A DNA stretch of 64,000 nt from Pyrinomonadaceae bacterium (GCA_046313635.1 JBKBYA010000003.1:192001-256000), one strand, 5' to 3'. Positions 38,770 to 49,363 are shown, counted from the stretch's first letter. The notes: a model not told the origin generated them from the sequence alone. Translations and numbers: made by a program.

Positions 38770-39666
38770 ATGAGAATTTTGATCACTGGAGCAAGCGGGC
38801 TGATCGGCCGAGAGCTGCAAACGGCGCTCGCCGCAAAAGGTCACGAGCTGCTGCTCGCGGGCCGCCGTGAGCCGTCTGCCGCCAACGAGATCAAATGGAC
38901 GATCGAGGACGGCTTTGCCGAGCCCGAACGGCTTGAGGGACTCGACGCCGTCATTCATCTCGCCGGCGAGAGCATCAGCGGCGGCCTGCGGTGGAGCGAA
39001 GAAAAAAAGAAGGCGATCCGTGACAGCCGCGTGCTCGGCACACGCAGCGTCGTCGACGCGATGGCCGGCCTGAGAGTCAAACCCAAGACGTTTATCGCGG
39101 GCTCGGCGGTCGGATTCTACGGCGACCGCGGGAGCGAGGAACTGACCGAGGCGAGTCCCGCGGGCGACACCTTCTTGTCCGATGTCTGTAAGGCGTGGGA
39201 GGCCGAATCGCGCCGTGCCGAGGATCTCGGCATCCGCACCGTGCTGCTGCGGACCGGGATCGTGCTGTCAAAGGACGGCGGAGCGCTCGGCACGATGCTT
39301 ACGCCCTTTAAGCTCGGCCTCGGCGGTGTCATCGGCAGCGGTAAACAATATATGAGCTGGATCTCGATGGACGACGAGATCGCGGTCATCGAATTTGCGC
39401 TCGAGAACGAAAGCTTACGCGGCGCGGTCAACGCCGTCGCTCCCGAGCCGGTGACGAACGAAGAATTTACAAAGGCCCTCGGCGACGTGCTCTACCGCCC
39501 GACATTCATCCCGCTGCCGGAGTTTGCCGTGAATCTGGTTTTTGGGGAGATGGGCGACGCGCTGCTGCTCGACAGCACGCGCGTCGTGCCCCGGCGGCTC
39601 GTCGATGCGGGATTTGAATTCAAGTACACAAAGATCCGCCCGGCCCTCGAAAATGCTGTAAAATGA
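38770..39666 (+). CDS. TIGR01777-type NAD-dependent epimerase/oxidoreductase
   Basis: ITGASGLIG, HLAGESI, SAVGFYG, LRTGIVL, SWI. Confidence 0.9.
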   Translation: MRILITGASGLIGRELQTALAAKGHELLLAGRREPSAANEIKWTIEDGFAEPERLEGLDAVIHLAGESISGGLRWSEEKKKAIRDSRVLGTRSVVDAMAGLRVKPKTFIAGSAVGFYGDRGSEELTEASPAGDTFLSDVCKAWEAESRRAEDLGIRTVLLRTGIVLSKDGGALGTMLTPFKLGLGGVIGSGKQYMSWISMDDEIAVIEFALENESLRGAVNAVAPEPVTNEEFTKALGDVLYRPTFIPLPEFAVNLVFGEMGDALLLDSTRVVPRRLVDAGFEFKYTKIRPALENAVK

Positions 39667-39721
39667 CGATTGCCGGGCAAACCGTCCGGTCTCTCCTTCA
39701 TCGTAACCGCCAGTTTCGCGC

Positions 39722-40672
39722 ATGACCTCGAGCATTCATCATAGACATTTTACGGCCGTCGTCTTTATCGGCCTCGCGTTCATACTGTCGGTTTACATCA
39801 CACGCTCGTTCGCGCAGGAGCGCCGGAGCTCGGCGGTCGCGCAGCCGACCCCGCTGGTAACTCGAACCGGCAAGAGCGGACCCTCCGACGCCGGCAGCAC
39901 GCGCGAGCGCGTCGTCGAGACGTCGGCCGGCAGATTCGCCGCGGCGGCGTCGGCGAACGCGCAGCTCCGCACGAGTCTCGCTTGGAAGTTCGGCAAGGCG
40001 CAGACCGGCTGGGAGATCTACGTGCCGCTGATCGCCGAGACCGTCGGTACCGACGCGTCGGCCGACTCGCCCGCATTTGCCGCGTCGGTCGCGCGATGGC
40101 AGGCAAAGAACGCAATGTCGCCGAGCGGCATTGTGGACGCCGACACGATCGACGCGTTGGTCAAGTTTTGGCAGGCACGGCGACGCAGCGACTCGGCCGC
40201 GTCATATGAGAGCGACATCGTCGCCGTCCCGATCGCCGACTTCTACGACCCGACGCGCAGCCCCGATCTTCTCAAGCTCGACCGCGAGACCTACACGGCG
40301 TACAAGCGAATGATCGCCGCCGCGACCAGAGATCTGGCTCGCGAGCTGCGGCTGACCCGCACGGGCGAGCTTGCACCAGAAGAGAAGTTTCTCAAGATCG
40401 TCTCGGCCTATCGCTCGCCGGAGTATCAGGAACAGCTCCGCCGGCGGTCGCCCGGCTCGGGCCGCATCGCTCTCGCCAAAAACAGCGTTCACTTTACGGG
40501 CCGCGCGATCGACATCTACGTCGGCGGCGAGCCGACCATCACGCGCGACGACAACCGCCGCGTGCAGGTCGAGACGCCGGTTTACAAGTGGCTCGTCAAG
40601 AACGCGCACAAGTTTGGCTTCTATCCATACTTTTACGAGCCGTGGCATTGGGAGTACGTTCCGGGAAAATGA
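39722..40672 (+). CDS. D-Ala-D-Ala carboxypeptidase (M15B/VanY-like) with PG-binding region
   Basis: SAYRS, SVHFTGRAID (SxHxxGxAxD), EPWHWEY. Confidence 0.88.
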   Translation: MTSSIHHRHFTAVVFIGLAFILSVYITRSFAQERRSSAVAQPTPLVTRTGKSGPSDAGSTRERVVETSAGRFAAAASANAQLRTSLAWKFGKAQTGWEIYVPLIAETVGTDASADSPAFAASVARWQAKNAMSPSGIVDADTIDALVKFWQARRRSDSAASYESDIVAVPIADFYDPTRSPDLLKLDRETYTAYKRMIAAATRDLARELRLTRTGELAPEEKFLKIVSAYRSPEYQEQLRRRSPGSGRIALAKNSVHFTGRAIDIYVGGEPTITRDDNRRVQVETPVYKWLVKNAHKFGFYPYFYEPWHWEYVPGK

Positions 40673-40690
40673 ATTTGAATTGATCGACTG

Positions 40691-40722
40691 AAAGAGGCTG
40701 TCCGGAGTGGGCAGCCTCTTTT
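40691..40722 (+). terminator. Intrinsic (likely bidirectional) terminator
   Basis: AAAGAGGCTG...CAGCCTCTTTT between convergent genes. Confidence 0.8.
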
Positions 40723-40846
40723 GAATTTGGCTTGGCTGCGCCGGCGGTGCGGTTCTGCGGCATAGCCGCGGAAGAGTTTTAAGCGTGGAGCCGGAAAAGC
40801 GGAGCTTCTCCGCAAATACACGGCCGGAGCCCGGCGGAGGTGGAGT

Positions 40847-41680
40847 TTATGGAGTCGTCGCTGCCAACGGCAGCAGGATCGGCCGCGACGGCGCGGCATC
40901 GGCCGCAAAAGGAGCGATCTGGAGATTCAAAAGATAAAGTCCGTCACTCACGGCGGGCGGTACGTAGATCAGCTCGGTTATCGTCGACGAAACTCGCGAA
41001 TCCCCATTGACCTCAAACTTGCCCGCCTCCACATTCCAAAACGTCCTGTGATTGGACAAGCGGCCATCGTCGTACATCCGATCTATCGACGGCAGGTCGA
41101 CCAGCAGGTGATCGATGCCGCTCTCGACCAGCACGCCTGCGGCGTCACTCGTCAAAAACGGCGGAAGCGTATCGGAGGGATATCGCCTCGAGAGTTTGCT
41201 GTCGTCATTAGGCAGCGTGCGGATGATGACGGCCTTGACGACTCCGGCATTGACGGCGTCATCAAGCGCGGCCTCGATCGATGACGCCGTCACGACGAGA
41301 TCACCGGGTTCGAACGGCTGCGAGTATGTCTCGCTCGTCTCGATCCCAGCGACCGGCGCGATCGAGACGAGCAGTGTGGGAACGAGCACGTCCTTTAGAC
41401 ATTCGCGCACCGAGATGCGCTCGTTCGTGATATGCCCGACGCACTCGGTATGCGTGCCGGTGCAGTGCGGGATGAATGTATAGCTCTCGAAATTGCAGCT
41501 GCCGCCGAGTCGGGTGTCGCCGACGATATCGCCCGCGCGGCACGGCTCGGACTGCGCCGCCGGCACGCCGAAGGCATTCGGCTGCGGGCCGTTGAACCGC
41601 AGCGGGATCGAGATGTCGATCGGCGAACGGGCGTCGAATGCCGCCGCGAGACCGTCGATGGTGACCACGCTTGTGTTCAT
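40847..41680 (-). CDS. kynB: Cyclase-family protein, probable kynurenine formamidase
   Basis: HCTGTHTECVGH metal motif, DLPSID; overlaps kmo stop. Confidence 0.75.
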   Translation of the reverse strand: MNTSVVTIDGLAAAFDARSPIDISIPLRFNGPQPNAFGVPAAQSEPCRAGDIVGDTRLGGSCNFESYTFIPHCTGTHTECVGHITNERISVRECLKDVLVPTLLVSIAPVAGIETSETYSQPFEPGDLVVTASSIEAALDDAVNAGVVKAVIIRTLPNDDSKLSRRYPSDTLPPFLTSDAAGVLVESGIDHLLVDLPSIDRMYDDGRLSNHRTFWNVEAGKFEVNGDSRVSSTITELIYVPPAVSDGLYLLNLQIAPFAADAAPSRPILLPLAATTP

Positions 41681-43074
41681 CCGTTCGGGCTCTCCGCTTG
41701 CTCCGCTGCCAGCCGCCGCAGCCGTGCGATCACCTCGTCGAGATCGATCTCATCGGCGCTGTCGACGCGCGAACAGATATTCATCAGCTCGCGATCTTGC
41801 GCGTTGCCGAGACGCTTCGCGACGCTGTAGGGCAGGTCTTCGCGGAACGTTACCATCGAGTATTTCGAGAAGTAGTCAGGGAAGGTCTGTTCGAGCTTGG
41901 TTTCGAGCTCGCGTTTGCGCTGGAAGACGGGGTCGGCCACCCGGTCGCGCATCTCGTAAAAGTTCTCTTCGGCCATATCCGCGATCGCGTCGGTATTCTG
42001 CTTTCGCAGGCTGCCGTAGCGCGAGTAGACCATTTCCCAATCCGGTCCGCACTCCTCGATCAGAGAGTCGAGCACGCGCACGTCCTCAAAGGCGCAGTTC
42101 ATCCCCTGACCGTAAAAGGGCACGACCGCGTGAGCCGAGTCGCCGAGCAGAAGAGCGCGGCCGCCGGCGTTCCACGGCCAGCATTTGATCGTGCCGAGAT
42201 CGCCGGTCGGATTGCGAAAAAAATCGTCGACAAGCGTCGGCATCAGCGGGAGGGCGTCGGGGAATTCGCGTTTGAAAAATTCGACGAGCGACGCATCGTC
42301 CGTCAGTTGATCGAACGCGGGGGCCGTTTCGCCGGTCGTGGCACGCCCGCCGGCGACCGCGTTTCTGCCCGTATGATCGAGAAATAACGTGCAGGTAAAG
42401 CTCGCGTCAAAATTAGGCAGCGCGATCATCATGAAGCGGTGGCGCGGCCAGATGTGAAGCGCGTTCTTCTCGAGGAGAAAGTCGCCGTTCGGGCCCGGCG
42501 GGATATGCAGCTCCTTGTAGCCGTGCTCGAGCCACTTTTGCGAAAAGTCAAAGCGTTCGACGCCGCCCGCCATCATCGCACGCCGCACGGCCGAGCCCGC
42601 TCCGTCGGTCGCGATCACCGTATCGGCCGTCACGCGACGCCCGCTCGAAAAGAATGCCTCGCCCGTATCGCAGTCAAAGTCGACGCACCGCTCGTGAAAG
42701 TGAAACCGGACCGAATCGTACCTTTCGGCCTCGTTCATCAGCGCGATATTGAGGCCCGATCGCGAGACCGAGTTGATGTACTCGCCCTCGCGGCCCGAAT
42801 AGCGAAGCAGCTTGGTCTCGCCCTGCTCGCTGTGGATCATCCGGCCGTACATCGGCACCGCCTCGGCGAGCATATACTCGTCCATTCCGACCTCGCGCAG
42901 CGCCGCGATGCCGCGGTCAGAGAGCGCCAAATTTATCGAACGTCCCGCCGCCGTCTCCTCCCGACGCATATCGCCGCGCGCCTCATACACCTCGACCTCG
43001 AATCCGCGGCGCGCGAGATAGATCGACAACAGCGAGCCTGCGAGGCCCGCTCCGATGATCGCTACTTTAGGCAT
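41677..43074 (-). CDS. kmo: Kynurenine 3-monooxygenase
   Basis: GAGLAG, GRSINLALSDRG, ALHIWPR, MIALPN, GDSAHAVVPFYGQGMN. Confidence 0.95.
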   Translation of the reverse strand: MPKVAIIGAGLAGSLLSIYLARRGFEVEVYEARGDMRREETAAGRSINLALSDRGIAALREVGMDEYMLAEAVPMYGRMIHSEQGETKLLRYSGREGEYINSVSRSGLNIALMNEAERYDSVRFHFHERCVDFDCDTGEAFFSSGRRVTADTVIATDGAGSAVRRAMMAGGVERFDFSQKWLEHGYKELHIPPGPNGDFLLEKNALHIWPRHRFMMIALPNFDASFTCTLFLDHTGRNAVAGGRATTGETAPAFDQLTDDASLVEFFKREFPDALPLMPTLVDDFFRNPTGDLGTIKCWPWNAGGRALLLGDSAHAVVPFYGQGMNCAFEDVRVLDSLIEECGPDWEMVYSRYGSLRKQNTDAIADMAEENFYEMRDRVADPVFQRKRELETKLEQTFPDYFSKYSMVTFREDLPYSVAKRLGNAQDRELMNICSRVDSADEIDLDEVIARLRRLAAEQAESPNG

Positions 43075-44333
43075 TCGCGCAAGACATGGACAAAGGCATT
43101 CACGTCCGAGAACGAGTTATACAGCGGCGTCGGTGCGACGCGGATGACGTCGGGCTCGCGCCAGTCGGCGGAGATGCCGCGGGCGATGAGCGAGTCGAAG
43201 AGGCTCCGGTCCGACTCTCTCACGCGGATCGAGAGCTGGCAGCCGCGGGCTTGCGGGTCGCGGGGCGTGATGACCGATATCCTCTCGTCGCCCAGCGAGT
43301 CGAGCAGCCGCTCGAGATGGCCTGTCAGCCGGACCGACTTGTCGCGCAGGGCGGACATTCCGGCCTCGTCAAATATGTCGAGCGACGCACGCAGAGCGGC
43401 CATCTGCAGGATGGGCGGATTTGAGATCTGCCAGCCCTCGGCGCCCGCGAGCGGTACGAACTCGGGCCCCATCAGAAACCGCGTCCGCTTGTCGTGGCCC
43501 CACCAGCCGGCAAATCTCGGGATCTCAAAATTCTCGGCGTGCCGCTCGTGCACAAACGCTCCCGCGACGCCGCCGGGGCCAGCGTTGAGATATTTGTAAG
43601 AGCACCAAACCGCAAAATCGATATCCCAATCGTGAAGCCGCATCTCGAGATTGCCTGCGGCGTGAGCGAGGTCAAAGCCCGCGACGGCGCCGACGCGGTG
43701 CGCCGCGGCCGTGATCGCCGGCATGTCAAAGGCCTGGCCGGTGTAGTAATTCACGCCGCCGAACATCACCAGCGCGAGCTCGTCGCCGTGCTCGTCGATC
43801 GCCGCGACGATGTCATCGGTCCGCAGCGTGGCTTCGCCCTCGCGCGGGGCGAGCTCGACGAGACATTTTGCCGGCTCGAGACCCCGCGTCGCGATGTGCG
43901 ACCACACCGCGTACCGATCTGAAGGGAAAGCTCCGCGCTCGATCATTATCTTTCGCCGCTCACCGCGCGGCCGGTAAAAAGAGACGAGCATCAGATGCAG
44001 ATTGACGGTCAGCGAATTCATAACGACCGTTTCTGCCGGGAGCGCGCCGACGACACGCGCCATCTTTTCGGTCAGGAATTCGTGATACGGCAGCCAGGGA
44101 TGTGCAGCATGGACGTGGCCCTCGACGCCGAGGCGAGCCCAATCGTCGAGCTCCTGGTCGACGTACGCGCGGGTCGTCTTGGGCTGCAGTCCGAGAGAGT
44201 TACCGGTGAAATAAACGACCGGCCGACCGTCGCGGGCAAGAGGGAAATGAAATTGTTCACGAAACTTGCGGAGCGGATCGGCCGCGTCAAGCTGCTCGGC
44301 CGCGCCTTCGGTATCAGTGCTCTGAGGGCGCAT
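43062..44333 (-). CDS. kynU: Kynureninase
   Basis: GNSLGLQPK, MNSLTVNLHL, DLAHAAGN, WCSYKYLNAGPG, GWWGH, PLYNSF. Confidence 0.96.
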   Translation of the reverse strand: MRPQSTDTEGAAEQLDAADPLRKFREQFHFPLARDGRPVVYFTGNSLGLQPKTTRAYVDQELDDWARLGVEGHVHAAHPWLPYHEFLTEKMARVVGALPAETVVMNSLTVNLHLMLVSFYRPRGERRKIMIERGAFPSDRYAVWSHIATRGLEPAKCLVELAPREGEATLRTDDIVAAIDEHGDELALVMFGGVNYYTGQAFDMPAITAAAHRVGAVAGFDLAHAAGNLEMRLHDWDIDFAVWCSYKYLNAGPGGVAGAFVHERHAENFEIPRFAGWWGHDKRTRFLMGPEFVPLAGAEGWQISNPPILQMAALRASLDIFDEAGMSALRDKSVRLTGHLERLLDSLGDERISVITPRDPQARGCQLSIRVRESDRSLFDSLIARGISADWREPDVIRVAPTPLYNSFSDVNAFVHVLRECLK

Positions 44334-44477
44334 ATTTTTATTCGAATTTATCGGAAATGCGCCGGGTTGAAAAGCGGGCCGCGATCAAACATCCGAGCGT
44401 GATACGCATCGCCCCGATCATTCGCGTTGGTAAGTGCGGACAAGCGCCGCAAATACATACTCAGCGAGGCAGCATTA

Positions 44478-44843
44478 ATGGATCGTCTTATCAGGATAGG
44501 AACACTCTTGGTCTTTGCAATTGTGATGTCGGCCCTCCCGGCAAGGGCTCAGACGAGTCATACGATCGACGCGGATCTCTCATTCGCCTTTGCCGTCGGC
44601 AACAAGACCTACGAGCCGGGCGCCTACAAGCTTCGGGTGCAGCCGATAGCGAGCGGCTCGGCATTTGTCACCGTCGTCGACAAGGACGGCAAACCGCTTC
44701 AGACCGTGATCGGGAGCCTTACGGGTAATCGTTCGACCCGCAAGCCGGCTCTCGTTTTTGGACGCAGAGGCGAGCTCCGCGTGCTCACGGGCATCGCCCT
44801 GCCGGGACGAGGCCTGATCATCGGCGGCACCGGCGGGCGATAA
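44478..44843 (+). CDS. Small exported hypothetical protein
   Basis: Signal peptide ending ARAQ; FAFAVGNKTYEPGAY motif. Confidence 0.7.
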   Translation: MDRLIRIGTLLVFAIVMSALPARAQTSHTIDADLSFAFAVGNKTYEPGAYKLRVQPIASGSAFVTVVDKDGKPLQTVIGSLTGNRSTRKPALVFGRRGELRVLTGIALPGRGLIIGGTGGR

Positions 44844-44925
44844 GGGCTGACATTCAGCGGATCAGGTCGTACGGCAGGCGTAATGCCGCGCCGCGCAAAG
44901 CGTCGACGCACGGGCCTTTCATATC

Positions 44926-45936
44926 TCACGCGAACCGCTTGGCGTCGATGCCGAGCCAGTTGAGAGCGGTGCCGGCGAGCAGCATCGATTTGATCGCGTC
45001 GTCATAAGGCATCGACTCGATCATCTTGCCCGGATGCTCCTCGCCGAGCGGGAAAGGATAGTCCGAGCCGAGCATTATCTGGTCGGCGCCGACGAGCTTG
45101 ATCAGATAATCGAGCTTGGCCGGCTCGTGAACTAGCGAGTCAAAGTAGATGCGGCCGAGATACTTGCGCGGGCTGTGCGGGTTATCGACGGCGCACAGGT
45201 CGGGCCGCACGTTAAAGCCGTGCTCGATGCGCCCGATCGTCGCGGGGAACGAGCCGCCGCCGTGGGCGAACGCGATCCGCAGATCAGGCAGCCGCTCGAG
45301 CGTGCCCGAAAAGATCAGCGAGCAGATCGCGCGCGAGACCTCGGCCGGCATGCCGACGAGCCACGGCAGCCAGTACTTTTGCATATCGCGCTCGCCCATC
45401 ATCTCCCACGGGTGCACAAAGACGGCCATGCCCAGCTCGGCGCAGGCGGCAAAGAACTCAAAGAACTGCGGCTCGCCGAGATTGAGCTGATTGACGTTGG
45501 TCCCGATCTCGACGCCCGCGAGACCGATCTGCCTGCACCGCTCGAGCTCGCGGACGGCAAGCGTCGCGTCCTGCATCGGCACGGTGCCGATGCCGACGAA
45601 GCGGAGCGGGAATTCGCTCGCGATGTCGGCGATGCCGTCGTTGAGAAACTTTGAGATCTCGAGCCCGTCCTCGCCGCGCGTCCAGTAGCCGAACATAACC
45701 GGCACGGTGGAGAGCACCTGCACGCCGACGCCGCACTCGTCCATCTGCTCGATCCGCCGTTCGGGCGACCAGCAGTTGTCCTCGATCTCGCGAAAGAAGT
45801 GACCGTCGTCCTTGATCATCCGCGCGCAGCCCGGCCCGCTGTGCTCTAGCTGAATAAAGCCGCCGTAGCCGAACTTGTCCTTCCACCTCGGGATGTCGCG
45901 CGGCAGGATATGAGTGTGGACGTCGATCTTGAGCAT
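44926..45936 (-). CDS. nbaD: 2-amino-3-carboxymuconate-6-semialdehyde decarboxylase (ACMSD)
   Basis: IDVHTH, STVPVMF, FVHPW, WLVGMPAE, AHGGG, GSDYPFPLGE. Confidence 0.92.
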   Translation of the reverse strand: MLKIDVHTHILPRDIPRWKDKFGYGGFIQLEHSGPGCARMIKDDGHFFREIEDNCWSPERRIEQMDECGVGVQVLSTVPVMFGYWTRGEDGLEISKFLNDGIADIASEFPLRFVGIGTVPMQDATLAVRELERCRQIGLAGVEIGTNVNQLNLGEPQFFEFFAACAELGMAVFVHPWEMMGERDMQKYWLPWLVGMPAEVSRAICSLIFSGTLERLPDLRIAFAHGGGSFPATIGRIEHGFNVRPDLCAVDNPHSPRKYLGRIYFDSLVHEPAKLDYLIKLVGADQIMLGSDYPFPLGEEHPGKMIESMPYDDAIKSMLLAGTALNWLGIDAKRFA

Positions 45937-45947
45937 CAATGTAGGTT

Positions 45948-46124
45948 TCAGGCGAGATACTTCTTGAAACGCCGGATCTGTTTTTCGCTGGCCTTGCCCT
46001 TTGTTTTTAATTCTTCCTGGCGCAGTAGACCAGCCTTCAGCAGTTCGACCGACAATGCGTGCAGCTGGTCCACCTGCCACAGCCTCGCTTCAATCGCCTT
46101 TTCAGACATATCAATCTTCTTCAT
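45948..46124 (-). CDS. 58-aa basic helical protein, partner of nucleotidyltransferase (not in ORF track)
   Basis: Hand translation MKKIDMSEKAIEARLWQVDQLHALSVELLKAGLLRQEELKTKGKASEKQIRRFKKYLA*; overlaps 3' end of upstream gene and fills the gap. Confidence 0.7.
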   Translation of the reverse strand: MKKIDMSEKAIEARLWQVDQLHALSVELLKAGLLRQEELKTKGKASEKQIRRFKKYLA

Positions 46125-46566
46125 TCTCGATCCTAAAGATATCTGCGAGGTCCTGCGGACGTCCTGCTCGTCGTTTCAAGAGCAACAATCCATCACGCGA
46201 GACGACCGACATTGTGCGTCCGGCAAACGGTACACGCTCTCGAGAACTCCACACCGTTTCGATGTCCTCGGTCACCAACAGCAGATCGAGAGGCAGCACC
46301 GTGCCCTCAACTATCTTGGAGACCCTGCGTATCTCAAGCGTCGGATCCTTGAATGAGATATCCAGTCCACGAATATCGAAACCCAAGCGGCCAGCTATCG
46401 AAATCGCCTCGTCAACCGATTCTTCGCGAACAAGAACGTCGATATCCATCGTCGCACGCGGAAAGCCCTGGATAGCCATTGCCAGTCCACCGCAGACCGC
46501 GTATTCGACAGCCGCATCCTCAAGGGCGTCAACGAGGGCCGTTAGTTCTTGGAGGAGTAACGCCAT
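46111..46566 (-). CDS. Nucleotidyltransferase-fold protein (DUF6036-like)
   Basis: YAVCGGLAM..G.PRATMDID and K..AGRPQDLADI motifs. Confidence 0.82.
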   Translation of the reverse strand: MALLLQELTALVDALEDAAVEYAVCGGLAMAIQGFPRATMDIDVLVREESVDEAISIAGRLGFDIRGLDISFKDPTLEIRRVSKIVEGTVLPLDLLLVTEDIETVWSSRERVPFAGRTMSVVSRDGLLLLKRRAGRPQDLADIFRIENEED

Positions 46567-46569
46567 TCT

Positions 46570-47091
46570 TTACGACACGACAGGCGGCGGTTCCATCACC
46601 GCGCCGCACTTTTTACAGGTGCGAAGTTCTTCTGAGCCGTAAAACTTCTTGAAGACGCCCTGGAACTGGGTCGTGATGTCCTCGAGCTGGAAATACTCTT
46701 CGTAGAGTTTGGCGTTGCAGTTCTCGCAGAACCAGAGCAGGCCGTCCAACTCGCCTTCGCGGCGTTTGCGCTCGATGACGAGGCCGATGGTATTCGCGCC
46801 GCGGACCGGATTGTGCGGCACGCGCGGCGGCAGCAGAAACATCTCGCCCTCCCGGATCGGTACGTCGACCGCGTTGCCTTCCTCCTGGATCTTGACCGTG
46901 ATGTCGCCCTCGAGCTGGTAAAACAGCTCTTCGCCCTCGTCCCAATGATAGTCCTTGCGCGAGTTGGGCCCGCCGACGACCATCACGATAAAGTCGTCGT
47001 CGTCATACACGCACTGATTGCCGACCGGCGGCTTGAGCAGGTGCCGGTGCTCGTCGATCCATTGACGAAAGTTAAAAGGGCGTCTGATCAT
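46570..47091 (-). CDS. nbaC: 3-hydroxyanthranilate 3,4-dioxygenase
   Basis: [33 protein letters not shown]...CKKC rubredoxin-like site. Confidence 0.95.
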   Translation of the reverse strand: MIRRPFNFRQWIDEHRHLLKPPVGNQCVYDDDDFIVMVVGGPNSRKDYHWDEGEELFYQLEGDITVKIQEEGNAVDVPIREGEMFLLPPRVPHNPVRGANTIGLVIERKRREGELDGLLWFCENCNAKLYEEYFQLEDITTQFQGVFKKFYGSEELRTCKKCGAVMEPPPVVS

Positions 47092-47098
47092 TTGCAAT

Positions 47099-47629
47099 TC
47101 AAAGCTCGGCCAGTTTTTGGACCGTGCGCCAATTCCGGGCCGTGTAGATGACGCGGGGCTTCTTGTCCAAGACAGACCTTTTGCCGAAGACACTGTCAGC
47201 CATACCGCCGCCAAGCAATACGTAGATCTCGCGGCCGAGGCATATCACTGCATCGCTGCCGAAATTCGTTTCAGAAAGCTGAAATTGCTTTTCGAGCGGA
47301 AGTTCGGTCCTCAGGAAGAGCACGTGCATTTGTTTGTGACTCTCGAATTCGCCGGCGAACGGATTGCTCGACACAACCTCGCGCACCGCGGCCTGCCTGC
47401 GAGCTATCACATCGACCTGTTTGCCGAACGTCGCCGCGATCGCGGCCTCGATATCTTTAACAAGTCCCTTTTCCGACGCGCGTTCGGAGTCAAAGCCGAC
47501 ATTACCGCTGTTGATGTACGTCTTGACGTTCTCAAAGCCGAGCTCCTCGAACACGGCCGTGAGAACGTCCATCTTTATCTGTGTCGCCCCGCCGACATTG
47601 ATGCCGCGGAGCAGCGCCACGTATCTCAT
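47099..47629 (-). CDS. DUF1697 family protein
   Basis: [30 protein letters not shown]. Confidence 0.88.
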   Translation of the reverse strand: MRYVALLRGINVGGATQIKMDVLTAVFEELGFENVKTYINSGNVGFDSERASEKGLVKDIEAAIAATFGKQVDVIARRQAAVREVVSSNPFAGEFESHKQMHVLFLRTELPLEKQFQLSETNFGSDAVICLGREIYVLLGGGMADSVFGKRSVLDKKPRVIYTARNWRTVQKLAEL

Positions 47630-48702
47630 GCATTCTGCATGTCGATCACAAACCGGTAGCGAACGTCCGCCTTGACGGTGCGGTCGTACGCTTCTTCGAT
47701 CTTATCGGGCGAGATGACCTCGACGTCCGCAATGATGCCGTGACGAGCGCAAAAATCCAGCATCTCCTGCGTCTCCGGGATGCCGCCGATCAGCGAGCCG
47801 GCGAGCACCTTGTTGCCGCCGATCAGCGAGAATGCGTTGACCGGGATTGGCTCGGTCGGCACGCCGACGACGACCATCACACCGTTGAGACCGAGCAGCG
47901 CGAGATAGGCGTTGTAGTCGTGAACGGCCGAGATCGTGTCGAGGATGAGGTCAAAGGTGCCGGCAGCCGCCGCGGTCGCCGCGGCATCACGTGTGTTGAG
48001 GAACTTGTGTGCTCCCAATTTGCGCGCGTCGGCCTCTTTCGAGGGCGAGGTGCTCAGGACGGTGACCTCGGCGCCCATCGCTGCCGCGAGCTTGACGCCC
48101 ATATGACCGAGCCCGCCCAATCCGGCGACCGCGACCTTCATTCCTGGCCCGACGCCCCAACGCTTGAGCGGCGAGTATGTCGTGATGCCGGCACAGAGCA
48201 ACGGAGCGACACCGGCGAGGTCAGACTCGGGCGCGTCGACCTTGAGCGCGTACGACTCGTCGATGACGTAATGCTTTGAATAGCCGCCGTAGGTCGGCGT
48301 CACGCGGTCCATCTCGGTGCTGTTGTACGTCTGCGCCGCTCCCTTTACGCAGTACTGCTCGACGCCGTGCGCGCACGCGCCGCACTCGCGGCACGAGTCC
48401 ACAAAGCAGCCGATGCCGGCAAAGTCGCCTTCTCTGAACTTGGTCACTTCGCTGCCGACCCGCGAGACGCGGCCGACGATCTCGTGGCCGGGCACCATCG
48501 GGTAGATCGACGGCACGGCCGGCTCCCATTCGGCCCTTGCCTGGTGAATGTCGGAGTGGCAGATGCCGCAGTATAGGATCTCGATCAAAACGTCGCGCGG
48601 GCCGACCTCTCGTCGCGTGAATTCAAATGGTTCGAATTTGGCTTCGGGCCCGTGCGTCGCAAATCCTCGGGTTTCAATTCCTGTTCTTTCCGGTGCTGTC
48701 AT
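47626..48702 (-). CDS. Zn-dependent NADP alcohol dehydrogenase (CAD/AdhA-like)
   Basis: CGICHSD, GHEIVG, CRECGAC, APLLCAGITTYSPL, GLGGLGHM, RYRFVID. Confidence 0.93.
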   Translation of the reverse strand: MTAPERTGIETRGFATHGPEAKFEPFEFTRREVGPRDVLIEILYCGICHSDIHQARAEWEPAVPSIYPMVPGHEIVGRVSRVGSEVTKFREGDFAGIGCFVDSCRECGACAHGVEQYCVKGAAQTYNSTEMDRVTPTYGGYSKHYVIDESYALKVDAPESDLAGVAPLLCAGITTYSPLKRWGVGPGMKVAVAGLGGLGHMGVKLAAAMGAEVTVLSTSPSKEADARKLGAHKFLNTRDAAATAAAAGTFDLILDTISAVHDYNAYLALLGLNGVMVVVGVPTEPIPVNAFSLIGGNKVLAGSLIGGIPETQEMLDFCARHGIIADVEVISPDKIEEAYDRTVKADVRYRFVIDMQNA

Positions 48703-48714
48703 TTTTACTCCTCT

Positions 48715-49134
48715 CTACTGATCGATCGTCGCGATCACCTTTAGCTCGATCGCGATCGGCGTGGGCAGGGCGTTTACCTCGACCGTCGTCCGGCAAGGCT
48801 GATTGTCTGCAAAATACTCGGCGTAGATCTCGTTGTACCGGGCAAAGTCTTTTTTCATATTCGTCAAAAAGACCGTGACGTCGACGATCCTGTCCCAGCT
48901 CGAACCGGCATCATCGAGAATGTCTCGCACGTTCTTAAAGACAGACCGGCACTGCGTCTCGATGTCGTATGAGACGATGTTGCCCGCCTCGTCGAGCTCG
49001 ACGCCCGGGATCGCCTTGCTGCCTCGCTCTCGCGGGCCGACTCCCGACAAAAAGAGAAGATCGCCCACGCGTCTGGCGTGCGGGTAAAGGCCGACCGGCT
49101 CGGGTGCTTTTGACGAGTTGATGACGTCGGACAT
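48715..49134 (-). CDS. nbaF: RidA-family 2-aminomuconate deaminase
   Basis: PVGLYPHARR, PCRTTVEVNALPTPIAIELK; pathway context. Confidence 0.8.
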   Translation of the reverse strand: MSDVINSSKAPEPVGLYPHARRVGDLLFLSGVGPRERGSKAIPGVELDEAGNIVSYDIETQCRSVFKNVRDILDDAGSSWDRIVDVTVFLTNMKKDFARYNEIYAEYFADNQPCRTTVEVNALPTPIAIELKVIATIDQ

Positions 49135-49363
49135 ATTTTTTGACGGCAAAACGATTCTATTTAATGTTCGAACAAAATGTAAGTCACACCTGAGGCACGG
49201 GGCCGCCGGACCGCGGGATCGCCGTCCGAAATAAAAAAACTTTTGCGATCGGAGCGGCTTATGCTAGACTTTGCCCGTCTCTCAGCGCTCAACAACCAAC
49301 CTAAAAAACTAGATCAGATTAGAAAGGCTCGCTGATTCCACCTCAGGCGGTCTCGCTTGTGCA

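Noticed and set aside
40730..40845. Extra palindromes (GCGGAGCTTCTCCGC) between convergent genes
   Set aside because: Possibly a third REP type, but single copy in this window
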